64,000 nt of DNA. Origin: an archaeon (GTDB lineage: Archaea > Nanobdellota > Nanobdellia > Pacearchaeales > GW2011-AR1). Both the position numbers and the translations under genes were made by a program. The notes under the pieces were generated by a model. It had not been told where the DNA came from. It made no database searches and worked only from the letters and a program-made list of their open reading frames with translations. Where the stretch lies: positions 32,053-96,052 of the forward strand of contig JABIDS010000010.1 of assembly GCA_018651605.1 (NCBI GenBank). The letters are read 5' to 3'. Positions within the stretch are counted from its first letter, which is position 1, and every line of letters begins with the position of its first letter. Shown piece by piece: positions 52,839-63,698 of this stretch.

Positions 52839-54337
52839 ACTGGAAAATATGGCTCCTAATAGTTTGCGTCCTAGCTTCCCTATTAGCAATCTTTCCCTTA
52901 AACTTTTCAGAGGGACTCCAAATAGTTTCATTAGACCAAAACTCAACAGAATTTGAACAAGGTTTAAGACAAGGGCAAATAATTACTGCAATAAATGGAG
53001 AATCAATAAACACCTTCAATGATTACACAAATGCAATAAACAAATTCTTCCCAACAGAAGAAAAAATAAAATTAACAATAACAACCACACAAGGAGAAGT
53101 CTTATTATTCACAGATACAATCCCAGAACTATCTGTTAAAGAAATTCCAAAAACAAGAATAAAAACAGGATTAGATTTATCAGGTGGAGCAAGAGCATTA
53201 GTGACTGCAGAAGAAAAAGATTTATCTGACACAGAATTAATGGATTTAATTGCAGTAACAAATGAAAGATTAAATGTCTATGGATTAAAAGATGTTCAAA
53301 TAAGGAAAGTAACAGATTTATCTGGAAAAAATCACATGTTAATTGAAATAGCAGGCTCAACACCAAAAGAATTAGAAGATTTAATAGCAAAACAGGGGAA
53401 GTTTGAAGCAAGAATAGGAAATGAAACCGTATTCTCAGGCGGAGACAAAGATGTAACCTATGTGGCAAGAACAGGAGAACAATCAGGAATCTACAAATGC
53501 GGAAAAGCAGAACAAGGAGAAATATGCCAATTCAGATTTTCAATTTCACTAAGTGAAGCTGCGGCAAAAAGACACGCAAAAATCACAGACGCTTTAGGAA
53601 TAAGCCCTGAAAACCCACAATACTTAGACCAAAAATTAGAATTATTTTTAGATGACCAACTAACAGATTCATTATTTATAGGAAGAGATCTAAAAGGTTC
53701 AGAAACAACTCAGATATCTATCTCAGGCTCTGGAGCAGGCGCAACAAGAGAAGAAGCTTACAATGATGCTGTAAGAAACATGAAACAACTCCAGACAGTA
53801 ATGATAACTGGCTCACTACCTTTCAAATTACAAATAGAAAAACTAGACACAATCTCACCATTACTAGGAAAAGAATTCATAAACACAATTTTAATAGCAG
53901 GAATAGCATCAATCTTGGCAGTAGGATTAATGATATTTTTGAGATATAGAAAAATAAAATTATCTCTTGCAGTAATATTAACAAGCTTATCAGAAGTTGC
54001 AATCATCTTAGGAGTTTCAGCATTATTCAGCAGAAACTTAGACTTACCTTCAATCGCAGGAATCATCGCAGCAATTGGAACAGGTGTAGACTCACAAATA
54101 ATAATCTTAGATGAAGCCCAAACCTCCTCAATCTCATTAAAACAAAGAATCAAAAGGGCATTATACATAATTTTAGGAACTTACATAACAACCTTATTCG
54201 CCCTATTACCTTTAATGTGGGCAGGAGCAGGACTTTTAAAAGGATTCGCAATCACAACTATAATCGGAATTTCAACAGGAGTATTTATAACTCGTCCTGC
54301 ATTCTCAGAAATAGTTAAAAGGATATTGAAAGAATAG
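52835..54337 (+). CDS. secD: Protein-export membrane protein SecD
   Basis: It has the GLDLSGGARALV motif, a large extracytoplasmic domain and C-terminal TM helices with GTGVDSQIIILDE. Confidence 0.75.
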   Translation: MNWKIWLLIVCVLASLLAIFPLNFSEGLQIVSLDQNSTEFEQGLRQGQIITAINGESINTFNDYTNAINKFFPTEEKIKLTITTTQGEVLLFTDTIPELSVKEIPKTRIKTGLDLSGGARALVTAEEKDLSDTELMDLIAVTNERLNVYGLKDVQIRKVTDLSGKNHMLIEIAGSTPKELEDLIAKQGKFEARIGNETVFSGGDKDVTYVARTGEQSGIYKCGKAEQGEICQFRFSISLSEAAAKRHAKITDALGISPENPQYLDQKLELFLDDQLTDSLFIGRDLKGSETTQISISGSGAGATREEAYNDAVRNMKQLQTVMITGSLPFKLQIEKLDTISPLLGKEFINTILIAGIASILAVGLMIFLRYRKIKLSLAVILTSLSEVAIILGVSALFSRNLDLPSIAGIIAAIGTGVDSQIIILDEAQTSSISLKQRIKRALYIILGTYITTLFALLPLMWAGAGLLKGFAITTIIGISTGVFITRPAFSEIVKRILKE

Positions 54338-54802
54338 GTGAACATGCTAACAAAATACCACATAACAATCGGGGCAATAGCCTCAATAATCCTCTACTTA
54401 ATTTTCCAACTAACACCCTTACAAACCCTAATAATATTCTTAGCTTCATTCCTAATCGACGTAGATCATTATCTATATTACATCTTCCACAAAAAAAATC
54501 TAAGTCTCAAAAACGCACATCATTGGTTCATAGAAAAAAGAAAAAAATGGGTTAAACTCACAAGAAAACAAAAAGAAGAACACAAACACGTAATAATTAT
54601 TTTCCATGGAATAGAATATTTAATAATCCTCATATTCTTATCTTTCTACAACCCAGTATTCACATTCATCATAATTGGAACCTTAATACACTTAGTTTTA
54701 GATTACATAGATTTATACTATCACAAAGAAAAATTACATTCTAAATTCTCACAAATCTATACTTACATAAAAAATAAAAACAAAAATAAGTTTTTAATCT
54801 AA
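54338..54802 (+). CDS. Membrane-bound metal-dependent hydrolase-like protein (DUF457/YdjM-like)
   Basis: The small polytopic protein has FLIDVDHYLYY and HLVLDYID His/Asp motifs. Confidence 0.5.
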   Translation: MNMLTKYHITIGAIASIILYLIFQLTPLQTLIIFLASFLIDVDHYLYYIFHKKNLSLKNAHHWFIEKRKKWVKLTRKQKEEHKHVIIIFHGIEYLIILIFLSFYNPVFTFIIIGTLIHLVLDYIDLYYHKEKLHSKFSQIYTYIKNKNKNKFLI

Positions 54803-54824
54803 TTTATTTTTCCAAACCTCTTCA

Positions 54825-55028
54825 TTATCTTTCTTCCCCATTCCCATTTTTCCCTTTATCCCCATCGCATAGAATTATTGCATCAAAATCCCCATAAGGT
54901 CTACGATATCTATGAATATTAATATTACCCACTCCGACTATTTCTTCCCTACATTCTGTATCAAATTTTTTACAATAACTTACTCCTTGTATAGTTTCAC
55001 AATCAGGACATTTATCTTCTAATCTCAT
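54825..55028 (-). CDS. Small cysteine-containing hypothetical protein (67 aa)
   Basis: This is an ORF only. It has CPDC...C...C and a G/N/K-rich tail, and it sits directly downstream of the GT2 gene. Confidence 0.3.
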   Translation of the reverse strand: MRLEDKCPDCETIQGVSYCKKFDTECREEIVGVGNINIHRYRRPYGDFDAIILCDGDKGKNGNGEER

Positions 55029-55031
55029 TTT

Positions 55032-55739
55032 TCAAATCCTCCTAAACCTATACGCAATAATCATAAAAATCATCCTCATTCCCAATTTAAATGTTTTAAA
55101 AAAATCTGTGGTAATTGTTGAATCTCCAATCCTTTCTCTGTAGTTTACAGGAATTTCCACACACCTTAATTTACTTCTTACACAAATAACCATAAATTCT
55201 GGGGAAAACCAATTTCCTCCAACCGAAAGTTTATTTTTTATCCAATTATAAGATTCTCTTTTTATTAATTTCATAGTACATCCAACATCAGTTAAACAAG
55301 GGCCCCCATGCAAATACTCTAATAGTTTCGCAACCGCAATATTCCCCCATCGATTAAACAAATTCATTTTAGCACCAGGACCTATAAGTGCCTTCGAAGT
55401 TCTTGTTCCAAAAACAACATCAAAATCATCAGAATACAAAAGAAGCTTAATCACATCCTTGCCAATAAAACTATTATCAGGCTCCGCAGTTATAATTATA
55501 TCCCCTGTTGCTTCCATCATGCCTCTCATCAAAGCATTACCATAACCCTGCTTTGTTTCTAAAACATAAACAGCCTCGGTTTTTCTAATTTCCTCCGAAG
55601 AATCATCTTTAGAATTATTATCTACAACAACAATTTCATCAATATATTTAACAGATAAAAAATCTTCAATCGCTCTCTTTACATTAATCCCCTCATTATA
55701 ACAAGGAAATATTACTGATACTTTTTTCCCATTCCACAT
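55032..55739 (-). CDS. Family-2 glycosyltransferase (dolichyl-phosphate sugar synthase-like)
   Basis: VSVIFPCYNEGINV...IVVVDNNSKDDS...AEPD is the GT-A/DxD pattern. It has a C-terminal amphipathic/TM tail. Confidence 0.8.
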   Translation of the reverse strand: MWNGKKVSVIFPCYNEGINVKRAIEDFLSVKYIDEIVVVDNNSKDDSSEEIRKTEAVYVLETKQGYGNALMRGMMEATGDIIITAEPDNSFIGKDVIKLLLYSDDFDVVFGTRTSKALIGPGAKMNLFNRWGNIAVAKLLEYLHGGPCLTDVGCTMKLIKRESYNWIKNKLSVGGNWFSPEFMVICVRSKLRCVEIPVNYRERIGDSTITTDFFKTFKLGMRMIFMIIAYRFRRI

Positions 55740-55798
55740 AAATTATAAGATTTATTGACATTTAAAAATGTTTGTTTACTAGAAAATATAATAATATT

Positions 55799-56728
55799 TT
55801 ATCTATTTAATTTTTCAAGAAGTTTATCAGACCATTCATTACCAAAATTATGATGTCCATATAAAACTAAACCTCCTTGGGCAGAAGGACAATAGGGGAT
55901 AGGATGAGTTTTATTAGCAAGATAATCAAATAATTCTCCTTCCATAGCAGGAGCAAATACAACTCCTATTGCATCATTTGATCTATTTTCATAAGAAACA
56001 TTTTGCATCCTTTCTTGTATTAATTTTGATTCTAAATTAACTGGAATCCACCCAACTAAATCAGGCTTATCAAGTAATTGTTCTTTATCAACAATAATTC
56101 CTCCAAAACTAAATGCTTCAGGATTATAATCTTTTATCTCAATATGAGTCTCGTCAAACATTTCTCCTTGTTGGTGTTTAGAAATATTTGTATCTGGAAA
56201 TAAAGGATTACCTCCTTGCCCATAAAGTCTTCCAGGATATATATTAGTTTTTGGTCCACGAATAGTTAAAGTTATTTGATTATCTTGGGTAAGTGCATAT
56301 GTGCAAATAGCTAAAGCAGGTCGAGGTTTATTTATTCTTTGTTCCTCATACAATTTAGAAACTTTTTCATTTTTAAGACCTTCAATAAATGGAAAATAAG
56401 TTTGTCCAACTAATAGTTCAATTCCATAATCCGATTCTTTAATATCCTTAAGTGAAACAACCGGTCCTGGCCACATTTTTAATTCATTTTTTTCATACAA
56501 TGCACTTAATGGTTGAGCAGAATTATCTAAGTGATAAGGAAGAATCTCAGTACTAATATTATCTTTTGCAAGTTGTCTTTGTTTTAATTCTAATTGATTA
56601 TTCCAACCTATCCTAATAACATCTTCAACCCCATTTGGCATTTCTAGAACAGATTCTATAAAATTAATTTGTTTAACATTTTTAGGTTCATCAAAAATAC
56701 ACAATGTTTCCCAAGTTCTTGTTTCCAT
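55799..56728 (-). CDS. Hypothetical protein (309 aa)
   Basis: The ORF is intact and I recognise no motif. Confidence 0.4.
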   Translation of the reverse strand: METRTWETLCIFDEPKNVKQINFIESVLEMPNGVEDVIRIGWNNQLELKQRQLAKDNISTEILPYHLDNSAQPLSALYEKNELKMWPGPVVSLKDIKESDYGIELLVGQTYFPFIEGLKNEKVSKLYEEQRINKPRPALAICTYALTQDNQITLTIRGPKTNIYPGRLYGQGGNPLFPDTNISKHQQGEMFDETHIEIKDYNPEAFSFGGIIVDKEQLLDKPDLVGWIPVNLESKLIQERMQNVSYENRSNDAIGVVFAPAMEGELFDYLANKTHPIPYCPSAQGGLVLYGHHNFGNEWSDKLLEKLNR

Positions 56729-56852
56729 ATAAAAAAGGCTAATAAATTCTTTTTAAATTTTTATATTATGCCATATACAATTAAATAAGTCTAATCCCCT
56801 ATAAAATCATAATAATCCTTATAAACTCCTAAACCAAAAATATATTATAAAA

Positions 56853-57860
56853 ATGGATGAGAAAATACTTGTAACAGGGGGAGCAGGATTTATAGGAAGT
56901 CATATCGTAGACGAACTAATAGAACAAGGCAATAATGTAATAGTCTTAGATGATTTAAGTGGAGGATTTATAGAAAACATAAATACTCAAGCCGAATTTG
57001 TAAATGGGAGTATAGAAGACACAAGATTAGTTCAAAAAATTTTCAGGGAAAACAAAATAAGTCATGTTTTTCATTTAGCAGCTTATGCAGCAGAAGGATT
57101 AAGCCATTTTATCAGGAGATTTAATTATAAAAATAATTTATTAGGGAGCATTAACTTAATAAACGAATCAATAAAAAATAAAATCAAATGTTTTGTTTTC
57201 ACTTCCTCAATTGCAGTATATGGAAAAAATCAGTTACCTATGAGGGAAGATATTGTCCCAACACCTGAAGACCCTTATGGGATTGCAAAGTTAGCAATAG
57301 AACAAGATTTAAAATGCGCTAAAGAATTATTCGGATTAGATTATATTATTTTTAGACCACATAATGTTATTGGAGCTCGTCAAAACATAAACGACAAATA
57401 TCGAAATGTTTTAGGAATTTTTATCAACCAAATTAAAAGAAACTTACCAATAACAATTTTTGGAGATGGAGAACAAACAAGGGCATTTACAGGAGTAAAA
57501 GACATTGCACCAGTAATAGCAAATTCAATTAAAAATCAACAAGCATACAATCAAATATATAATATTGGAGCAGATAAACCATACACAGTAAATCAATTAA
57601 CAGAAATAGTAAAAAGAGCAATGAACAAACCAGAACATGAGGTAATTTACCTAGAAGCAAGAAAAGAAGTAAAAGATGCTTATTCAGACCACAATAAAGC
57701 CAAAGAAATTTTAGGATATCAAGATACTACTTCTTTTGAAGAAGGAATTAAAGAAATGATTGAATGGGCAGAAAATGCAAGTATTAGGGAAACAGAAGAA
57801 TTCAAAAATATTGAAATAAGAGAAAATTTACCTAAGAGTTGGAGAAGCAAGGAAGAATAA
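56853..57860 (+). CDS. NAD-dependent sugar epimerase/dehydratase (extended SDR)
   Basis: It has ILVTGGAGFIGSH and the catalytic YGIAK (YxxxK). Its size is typical of the GalE/UDP-sugar epimerase family. Confidence 0.85.
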   Translation: MDEKILVTGGAGFIGSHIVDELIEQGNNVIVLDDLSGGFIENINTQAEFVNGSIEDTRLVQKIFRENKISHVFHLAAYAAEGLSHFIRRFNYKNNLLGSINLINESIKNKIKCFVFTSSIAVYGKNQLPMREDIVPTPEDPYGIAKLAIEQDLKCAKELFGLDYIIFRPHNVIGARQNINDKYRNVLGIFINQIKRNLPITIFGDGEQTRAFTGVKDIAPVIANSIKNQQAYNQIYNIGADKPYTVNQLTEIVKRAMNKPEHEVIYLEARKEVKDAYSDHNKAKEILGYQDTTSFEEGIKEMIEWAENASIRETEEFKNIEIRENLPKSWRSKEE

Positions 57861-57933
57861 TGCAATCTATTTTTAACATAAATAAAAATTCCCACTCCTA
57901 AATCTTTTTAAATAATATGTCATAAAATATTAA

Positions 57934-59589
57934 ATGAAAAAAACTACATTAATACTAGGATTTATAATTTTGCTTCATTTAACCTTTGTAATTTTATCTG
58001 CGGACCAATTATATTATGGGGATGAAGTGGTATTTTTAACTGCTGCAAAAGAAATAGCTTCTGGACAAATTTCTGGAAGTTTTGGATATGAGGAGGGAGT
58101 TTTAATAAAAGATAAATCCATAATGCTTTATCATCCCCCAACCTATATTTATCTTCTTTCATTAATAATATTTTTATTTGGAGAATCAACCTATTCAGTA
58201 AGAATAGTTTCATTACTATTTTCAATAGGTTCAATAATCTTAGTTTATTTAACCTCAAAAAAATTACTTGAAAAAAAAGAATTAGAAAACATAAAATATT
58301 GGTCATTATTTGCTGCATTTTTATATGCAATTAATCCTGTAACCATTCAAAATATAATTTTAATTGAAATTAACGGAGGGTTACTTAATTTCGCTCTTCT
58401 TTTATTTATTTATTTATATATTTCAGGTAAGCCATTTAAATATCTTATTCCTTCACTATTTCTCATATTTGCTTCAAAATTAACTGGAATAACAATTCTT
58501 TTTGTAACATTAATTATCACAAATATCTTAACAAAAAACTTTAAAGAACTTTTCAGAGTAATCAAACTTCATATAATAACAGGCATATTATTCTCATTAA
58601 TTTTCATTATCTATGTTAAAATATTTGATTTAAATTTTTATTATTTATTTTTTCATAATTCATTTTTAGGAGTTTTACAAAACTTTTTGACTAATCCTTC
58701 AGCCATACTTCGTTCCTTATGGGCATTCAGAACATTTTTTTATTTTACAACACCTTTTTTTGTATTTTTATTTATTTTAATTTCTTTTAAGATAATAATA
58801 AATGTCCTAACAAAAAAAGAATATGTCTCCCAAAATAAAGGCGCAATCTTATTGTTCTTATATTCTTTAGTAATTTTAGCATTTAATTTAATGCTTGGAC
58901 AAAGTGCTATGAATTTTGTTAAATATTATTCAATAATTATTGCTCCAATAACTATTTTATTAATTTATTTTACTCCAAAAAAAATCAGGAATTTTAAAAA
59001 AATAGTTCTTCCATTATTCTTCACATCTCTTCTTATTCTATCATATTTTATAATTTTTTTACATGACCCTCTAATACCTGAAGTACAAGGGAGAGTAAAT
59101 ACCTTAGATATCATTGAAGTCATAAAACTTGTTTTAATAAGAAGCACGCTATATGCAATAATCCCTTTATTTTTATGTTTTATCTTATTTAATAGGATTC
59201 CAAAAAAGAAATTATGGCTTATTTTAATATTTCTATTTATTCTTACATCCATTTATTTAAATATCTTACATACAAGGGCAGATTATTCAACTCATAATAT
59301 GTATGGAGATAGAGGCCTTGAAGATACAATTAGTTATTTAAAAGACAAACCTCCTGAAAACGTTCTTTGTTATATTCATTTATGTTATTTTTTAGATTAT
59401 AAAAAATCATTAGAACTTACAACCCTTTTTCGCGATATGGATAAACTAGATAAAAGTATAACCGAAAGAAACATACAATATATGGTGATATACAAAAAAG
59501 ATTTTGATATCCTTCCAGAAAACATTTTAAAAAAATTCAATATAGAAAAACAAATTGAAGATTATATCATCCTCAAAAGAACAACTTAA
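57934..59589 (+). CDS. GT-C fold glycosyltransferase (ArnT/PMT family 39-like)
   Basis: It has about 12 or more TM helices. The first loop carries YYGDEVVF (a DE motif). Its size fits this family. Confidence 0.6.
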   Translation: MKKTTLILGFIILLHLTFVILSADQLYYGDEVVFLTAAKEIASGQISGSFGYEEGVLIKDKSIMLYHPPTYIYLLSLIIFLFGESTYSVRIVSLLFSIGSIILVYLTSKKLLEKKELENIKYWSLFAAFLYAINPVTIQNIILIEINGGLLNFALLLFIYLYISGKPFKYLIPSLFLIFASKLTGITILFVTLIITNILTKNFKELFRVIKLHIITGILFSLIFIIYVKIFDLNFYYLFFHNSFLGVLQNFLTNPSAILRSLWAFRTFFYFTTPFFVFLFILISFKIIINVLTKKEYVSQNKGAILLFLYSLVILAFNLMLGQSAMNFVKYYSIIIAPITILLIYFTPKKIRNFKKIVLPLFFTSLLILSYFIIFLHDPLIPEVQGRVNTLDIIEVIKLVLIRSTLYAIIPLFLCFILFNRIPKKKLWLILIFLFILTSIYLNILHTRADYSTHNMYGDRGLEDTISYLKDKPPENVLCYIHLCYFLDYKKSLELTTLFRDMDKLDKSITERNIQYMVIYKKDFDILPENILKKFNIEKQIEDYIILKRTT

Positions 59590-59596
59590 CTTCAAT

Positions 59597-59610
59597 AATC
59601 TTTATATAAT
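59597..59610 (+). promoter_or_regulatory. TATA/BRE-like promoter box AATCTTTATATAAT
   Basis: The TATA-like box ends about 20 nt upstream of the ATG at 59630, which is consistent with a leaderless transcript. An identical 14-mer lies at 63666-63679 upstream of the paralog. Confidence 0.5.
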
Positions 59611-59629
59611 CAATTTCAATTCCAAAAAC

Positions 59630-61228
59630 ATGAAAATCCTTTTAGTAATTCCAAGATACGCTTTAACAAATAAAAGAAATTATGAATATACATTCCCACT
59701 AGGTTTAGCCTATATTTCTTCTGTAATGAAAAAAGAAGGTTACGATGTAGACTGTCTAAATTTAAATCATTACAATGGAACCACTAATCAAATATTAAAT
59801 AAAAAATTAAATTCAAAAAAATATGATATTGTATGTTCAGGGCACATAGGAATAGGATATTCAATTATAAAAAAAATAACTAATATCTCAAAATCACATC
59901 CAACCAAACCTCTAGTGATTATCGGAGGAACAATAATAACAAGTGAACCAAAATTAATGTTTGAATCTCTTAAACCAGATTTTGCAGTAGTTGGTGAAGG
60001 AGAAATAACAATAATAGAATTATTAGATACAATAAAAAATAATAAAGATTTATCCAAAGTTAACGGAATAATCTATCGGAAAAATAATAAAACAGAATTC
60101 ACAAGTCCAAGAAAAGTAATTGAAAATATAGATAATCTTCTAATTCCGGATTTTGAAAGTTTAAATTTTGAAAAACAATTAGAAAATAGGGCGGGTAATT
60201 CAATCTTCGATTATCCTAGGATTTATCCAATTATGTGTAGTAGAGGTTGCCCATTTCAATGTACCTTTTGTTATCATTGTTTAGGCTTCAAATACAGAGA
60301 ACGTTCAATAGAAAATGTAATGGAAGAATTAAGAAAAAATGTTAAAAAATACAAAATAAATATAATTAATATTTATGATGATTTATTTTCTATAAATAAA
60401 AAAAGACTTTACAAATTCTGTGATGAAATAAAAAAACTAATAGGCGAATTAGATTGGGAATGTAAATGGACCTGCCAACTTTCAGTAATAAATGTAGATA
60501 AAGAAATGCTAAAAAAATTAAAATCCTCGGGGTGTTATGCAGTAAGCTTTGGTTTTGAAAGTTATAGCCAGAAAGTTCTAGATAGCATGAGAAAACCAAT
60601 AACTCCAAAATTAATAGACAATGCAATTAGATTAGTTTTTGAAGAGAAAATGCCTTTGATGGGTAACTTCATATTTGGTGACAGGGCAGAAACAACAGAA
60701 ACAGCAAAAGAAACCTTAGATTATTGTAAAAAATATTGCAATGGACAGATAAAAATTTATTTTATTCAACCATATCCCGGAAGTGAAATATATAACCATT
60801 GTATAAAAAAAGGAATCATAAAGGACAAACTTAATTTCATAAAAAACGAAATAAGCCATATCACTTGGTATAACATGACAGATAAAATGACAGATAAGGA
60901 AGTTTTACAATTAAAAAAAGAGATTCTAAAAACAAGAAGAAAATATTTCAAACACATCATACCTTTCAAATTAAAAAGAGAAAAAAAATCCAATAAATTT
61001 TCTATCCACACTAAATGCCCTTATTGCAATAAAAAAATCCAATACAAAAACTGCATTATAGAAAATCCTTTTTATTATACAATCCAATTACATTGCAGAG
61101 AATGTTCAATGGGTTATTATGCAGTAAGCAGACCCTATAAAATAAGCACAGATTATTATGACGAATTAGATTATTTAAGAAAAAAATATCTTTTCATAAG
61201 AGACAATATTAGAAAGAAAAAAATATAA
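59630..61228 (+). CDS. B12-binding-domain radical SAM protein (class B)
   Basis: I use the ATG at 59630. MKILLVIPRY...FPLGLAYISSVMKKEGYDV is the cobalamin-binding-like N-domain, and CSRGCPFQCTFC is a CxxxCxxC radical SAM cluster. Confidence 0.8.
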   Translation: MKILLVIPRYALTNKRNYEYTFPLGLAYISSVMKKEGYDVDCLNLNHYNGTTNQILNKKLNSKKYDIVCSGHIGIGYSIIKKITNISKSHPTKPLVIIGGTIITSEPKLMFESLKPDFAVVGEGEITIIELLDTIKNNKDLSKVNGIIYRKNNKTEFTSPRKVIENIDNLLIPDFESLNFEKQLENRAGNSIFDYPRIYPIMCSRGCPFQCTFCYHCLGFKYRERSIENVMEELRKNVKKYKINIINIYDDLFSINKKRLYKFCDEIKKLIGELDWECKWTCQLSVINVDKEMLKKLKSSGCYAVSFGFESYSQKVLDSMRKPITPKLIDNAIRLVFEEKMPLMGNFIFGDRAETTETAKETLDYCKKYCNGQIKIYFIQPYPGSEIYNHCIKKGIIKDKLNFIKNEISHITWYNMTDKMTDKEVLQLKKEILKTRRKYFKHIIPFKLKREKKSNKFSIHTKCPYCNKKIQYKNCIIENPFYYTIQLHCRECSMGYYAVSRPYKISTDYYDELDYLRKKYLFIRDNIRKKKI

Positions 61229-62332
61229 TTAAATAAAATTCTTAAATCTTTCTTCAGAAGGTTTAAATCTTTCTAAATCTTCAAAATTCTCAATTAGATT
61301 CTTACATAAAAGATTTCGAGAATCATAAGTGCAATGATGCCTACAAGCAAATTTTGGATTTAAGGTCTCAAAAATTCTCTCAGCCTCTTCACTAAACCAT
61401 AAATCCCTAAAACTCCTTTCTTTCAAACTACCTAACATTCCATGTTTTGTATAAGTTTTATCATGACAAAAATAAACACAACTATCTGCCCCAATGACTG
61501 GAACAGTTTGCATTATAAAACATTTATCATATCTTCTTTCATTCACACTAGTTAATTCAAAATCATTTTCATAAGTATCATAAATAATAAAACCCTCACC
61601 ATCAAAATCATCTCTAGCCCTTTTTAATTGCTCCAAAACAGATTCTTTAAAAGGTTCATGATAACCAAAAAAATCAGTATGCATATAAACCGGAGTAAAT
61701 TTTATATGATTAACTCCAAGCTCCTTAAAATATTTAGCCGCCTCATAAACATTCATATAATTTTTATCAGTAACAACGTAATTAATTCCTAATTCACAAT
61801 CAGGACTCTTTATTTTTGAAAATTCTTTTATATTTTCTCCAAGTGAATAAAACCATTCTTTAGGTCTCTTACGAACAACTTCAAAAGTTTCAGCATCAAT
61901 TTCTCCTGCAGAGATTCTAACCCATGCAGAATCTTTCAAAACCTCTGCCTTCCCCCCCTTTAATTCCTGCCCATTTGTTATAATAGAAATTTCAATATCT
62001 AATTCCTTAGCCTTTCTCATAACTTCAACAATATGTGGATAAATTAAAGGCTCTCCGCCTCCAGAAAACGTAATAGCCTTAACTCCTATCTCTTTAAAGT
62101 CGCTTAAGATTTCCAACAACTTTTCTCTAGGAATTTCATCCATAAAATTAATCTCCTCTGAAACAGGACAATCATTTCCAGGAACATAAGAACAATAAAA
62201 ACACCTATGATTGCATTTATTTGTCGGCTTTATCCGAACATAAATTGGCGCACTAATTTTCCCCCTATAAAAATCATTTAATTTCCTTCCATGAAATGCT
62301 AATTTTGAAGCATTATAAACATTTTTTACCAT
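61229..62332 (-). CDS. Radical SAM protein with SPASM/twitch-like C-terminal Cys cluster
   Basis: I use the ATG at 62332. It has TNKCNHRCFYCSY (CxxxCxxC), GGGEPL, and the C-terminal cysteines CFIMQ...CVYFCHD...CRHHC. Confidence 0.75.
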   Translation of the reverse strand: MVKNVYNASKLAFHGRKLNDFYRGKISAPIYVRIKPTNKCNHRCFYCSYVPGNDCPVSEEINFMDEIPREKLLEILSDFKEIGVKAITFSGGGEPLIYPHIVEVMRKAKELDIEISIITNGQELKGGKAEVLKDSAWVRISAGEIDAETFEVVRKRPKEWFYSLGENIKEFSKIKSPDCELGINYVVTDKNYMNVYEAAKYFKELGVNHIKFTPVYMHTDFFGYHEPFKESVLEQLKRARDDFDGEGFIIYDTYENDFELTSVNERRYDKCFIMQTVPVIGADSCVYFCHDKTYTKHGMLGSLKERSFRDLWFSEEAERIFETLNPKFACRHHCTYDSRNLLCKNLIENFEDLERFKPSEERFKNFI

Positions 62333-62468
62333 TTTTAAAATCCTAAAACCACTCACTTTAATAAGGGTTATTTTGGAAATCTCTAAAAACAAAAATATTG
62401 TTTTTAGGATGTTTTAAAAACCATTAAATCATTTATAAATTCTACTATAGTAAAATATATAAATTTAC

Positions 62469-62873
62469 TTATTCAAAAATCTTTTCCTTAAACTCATTAA
62501 GGAAATCAATAATAACTTTTGGAACCCTATCTAATTTCATAATCTCATCAAAACTAAAAAACTCTATTTTTTGTCCCTCATTTAATTCCAATTCATCTAA
62601 TCTTGAATCTATCTTAGCCAAATAAACTACAACATCATTTCCAACACAATCATCAAATTTTGTAACCAAAACAGGATTTTTAACATCAAAATTAATCTCT
62701 TCTTTTACTTCCCTTTTCAATGCGTCAGAAACACTCTCCCCCTCATCAATATGCCCTCCAATAAATCCCCAAGTATTTGGACTTTGGATATCAGGTTTGT
62801 CATCCCTAAGATGAAGCAAAATTTTTTTATCATTATTAACAAACACTACTGAAGCAACTTTTCCTCTTTGCAT
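62469..62873 (-). CDS. NUDIX hydrolase
   Basis: It carries the Nudix box GGHIDEGESVSDALKREVKEEINF. Confidence 0.8.
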   Translation of the reverse strand: MQRGKVASVVFVNNDKKILLHLRDDKPDIQSPNTWGFIGGHIDEGESVSDALKREVKEEINFDVKNPVLVTKFDDCVGNDVVVYLAKIDSRLDELELNEGQKIEFFSFDEIMKLDRVPKVIIDFLNEFKEKIFE

Positions 62874-62910
62874 AAATAATCCAGATAACTGCTCTTTAAA
62901 TAAGTTTAGG

Positions 62911-63600
62911 TTAATATTTCATCCTACTTATTAAAATTTCATCAACCATTAGACTCTCCTTGCTCTTACTCAAATCATAAACTACCTCCGCAACTTCAGA
63001 AGGTTCCATACAATTTGTTGCATCAGCTCCAGTTAATGTATACATGTCCGTTTTCATACCACTTAAATGAACACCAATCACTCGCACACCATTTTCTTTT
63101 GCTTCATATCTTAAAGCATCTGTAAATCCCCTCAAACCATATTTTGTTGAACAATAAATACTTTGGTTTCGGCTAGGCTTTAATCCTCCCATACCATTGA
63201 TATTAATTATTATTCCTGATTTTCTTTTTGCAAAATAATCATAAATTTTTTTTGTTAAACTTATGGGTGCAAATAGGTTAACCTCTAAATTATTTTTAAT
63301 TTCTCGTTCATTTAATTCATCAAATGGCTTAATAAGACCCATGGCAGCGTTATTTATAAGAATAAAAATATTTTTTCTGATACTTATTTCAACTAGTTTT
63401 TCAATAGTTTCATCTAAAATTAAATCTCCTCCAACAACTTCACAATCAACACCCCTATTAAAAATTTCATCACGAACAATTTTCAAATCTTCTGATTCTC
63501 TACCATGAATTATAATATTATATCCTCTTTCAGCAAAAACTATTGCCAATTCTTTTCCAAGACCCCTACTAGATCCAGTTATTAAAATCCATTTAGTCAT
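62911..63600 (-). CDS. Short-chain dehydrogenase/reductase (SDR)
   Basis: It has ILITGSSRGLGKE (TGxxxGxG), NNAA and YCSTK (YxxxK). Confidence 0.85.
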   Translation of the reverse strand: MTKWILITGSSRGLGKELAIVFAERGYNIIIHGRESEDLKIVRDEIFNRGVDCEVVGGDLILDETIEKLVEISIRKNIFILINNAAMGLIKPFDELNEREIKNNLEVNLFAPISLTKKIYDYFAKRKSGIIININGMGGLKPSRNQSIYCSTKYGLRGFTDALRYEAKENGVRVIGVHLSGMKTDMYTLTGADATNCMEPSEVAEVVYDLSKSKESLMVDEILISRMKY

Positions 63601-63665
63601 AATTCTTCTTAGATTAAACCATTTTTAAAATTTATTATTGATAATTATATAAATCTTAACTTAAC

Positions 63666-63679
63666 AATCTTTATATAAT
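63666..63679 (+). promoter_or_regulatory. TATA/BRE-like promoter box AATCTTTATATAAT (second copy)
   Basis: It is identical to 59597-59610 and has the same spacing to its ATG at 63699. Confidence 0.5.
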
Positions 63680-63698
63680 GAAGTATAATTTCAAAAAC

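Noticed and set aside
57962-61011. Minus-strand ORFs inside the GT-C and B12-rSAM genes (57962-58330, 58965-59252, 59788-60057, 60390-60626, 60766-61011).
   Set aside because: They are antisense to long, motif-supported genes.
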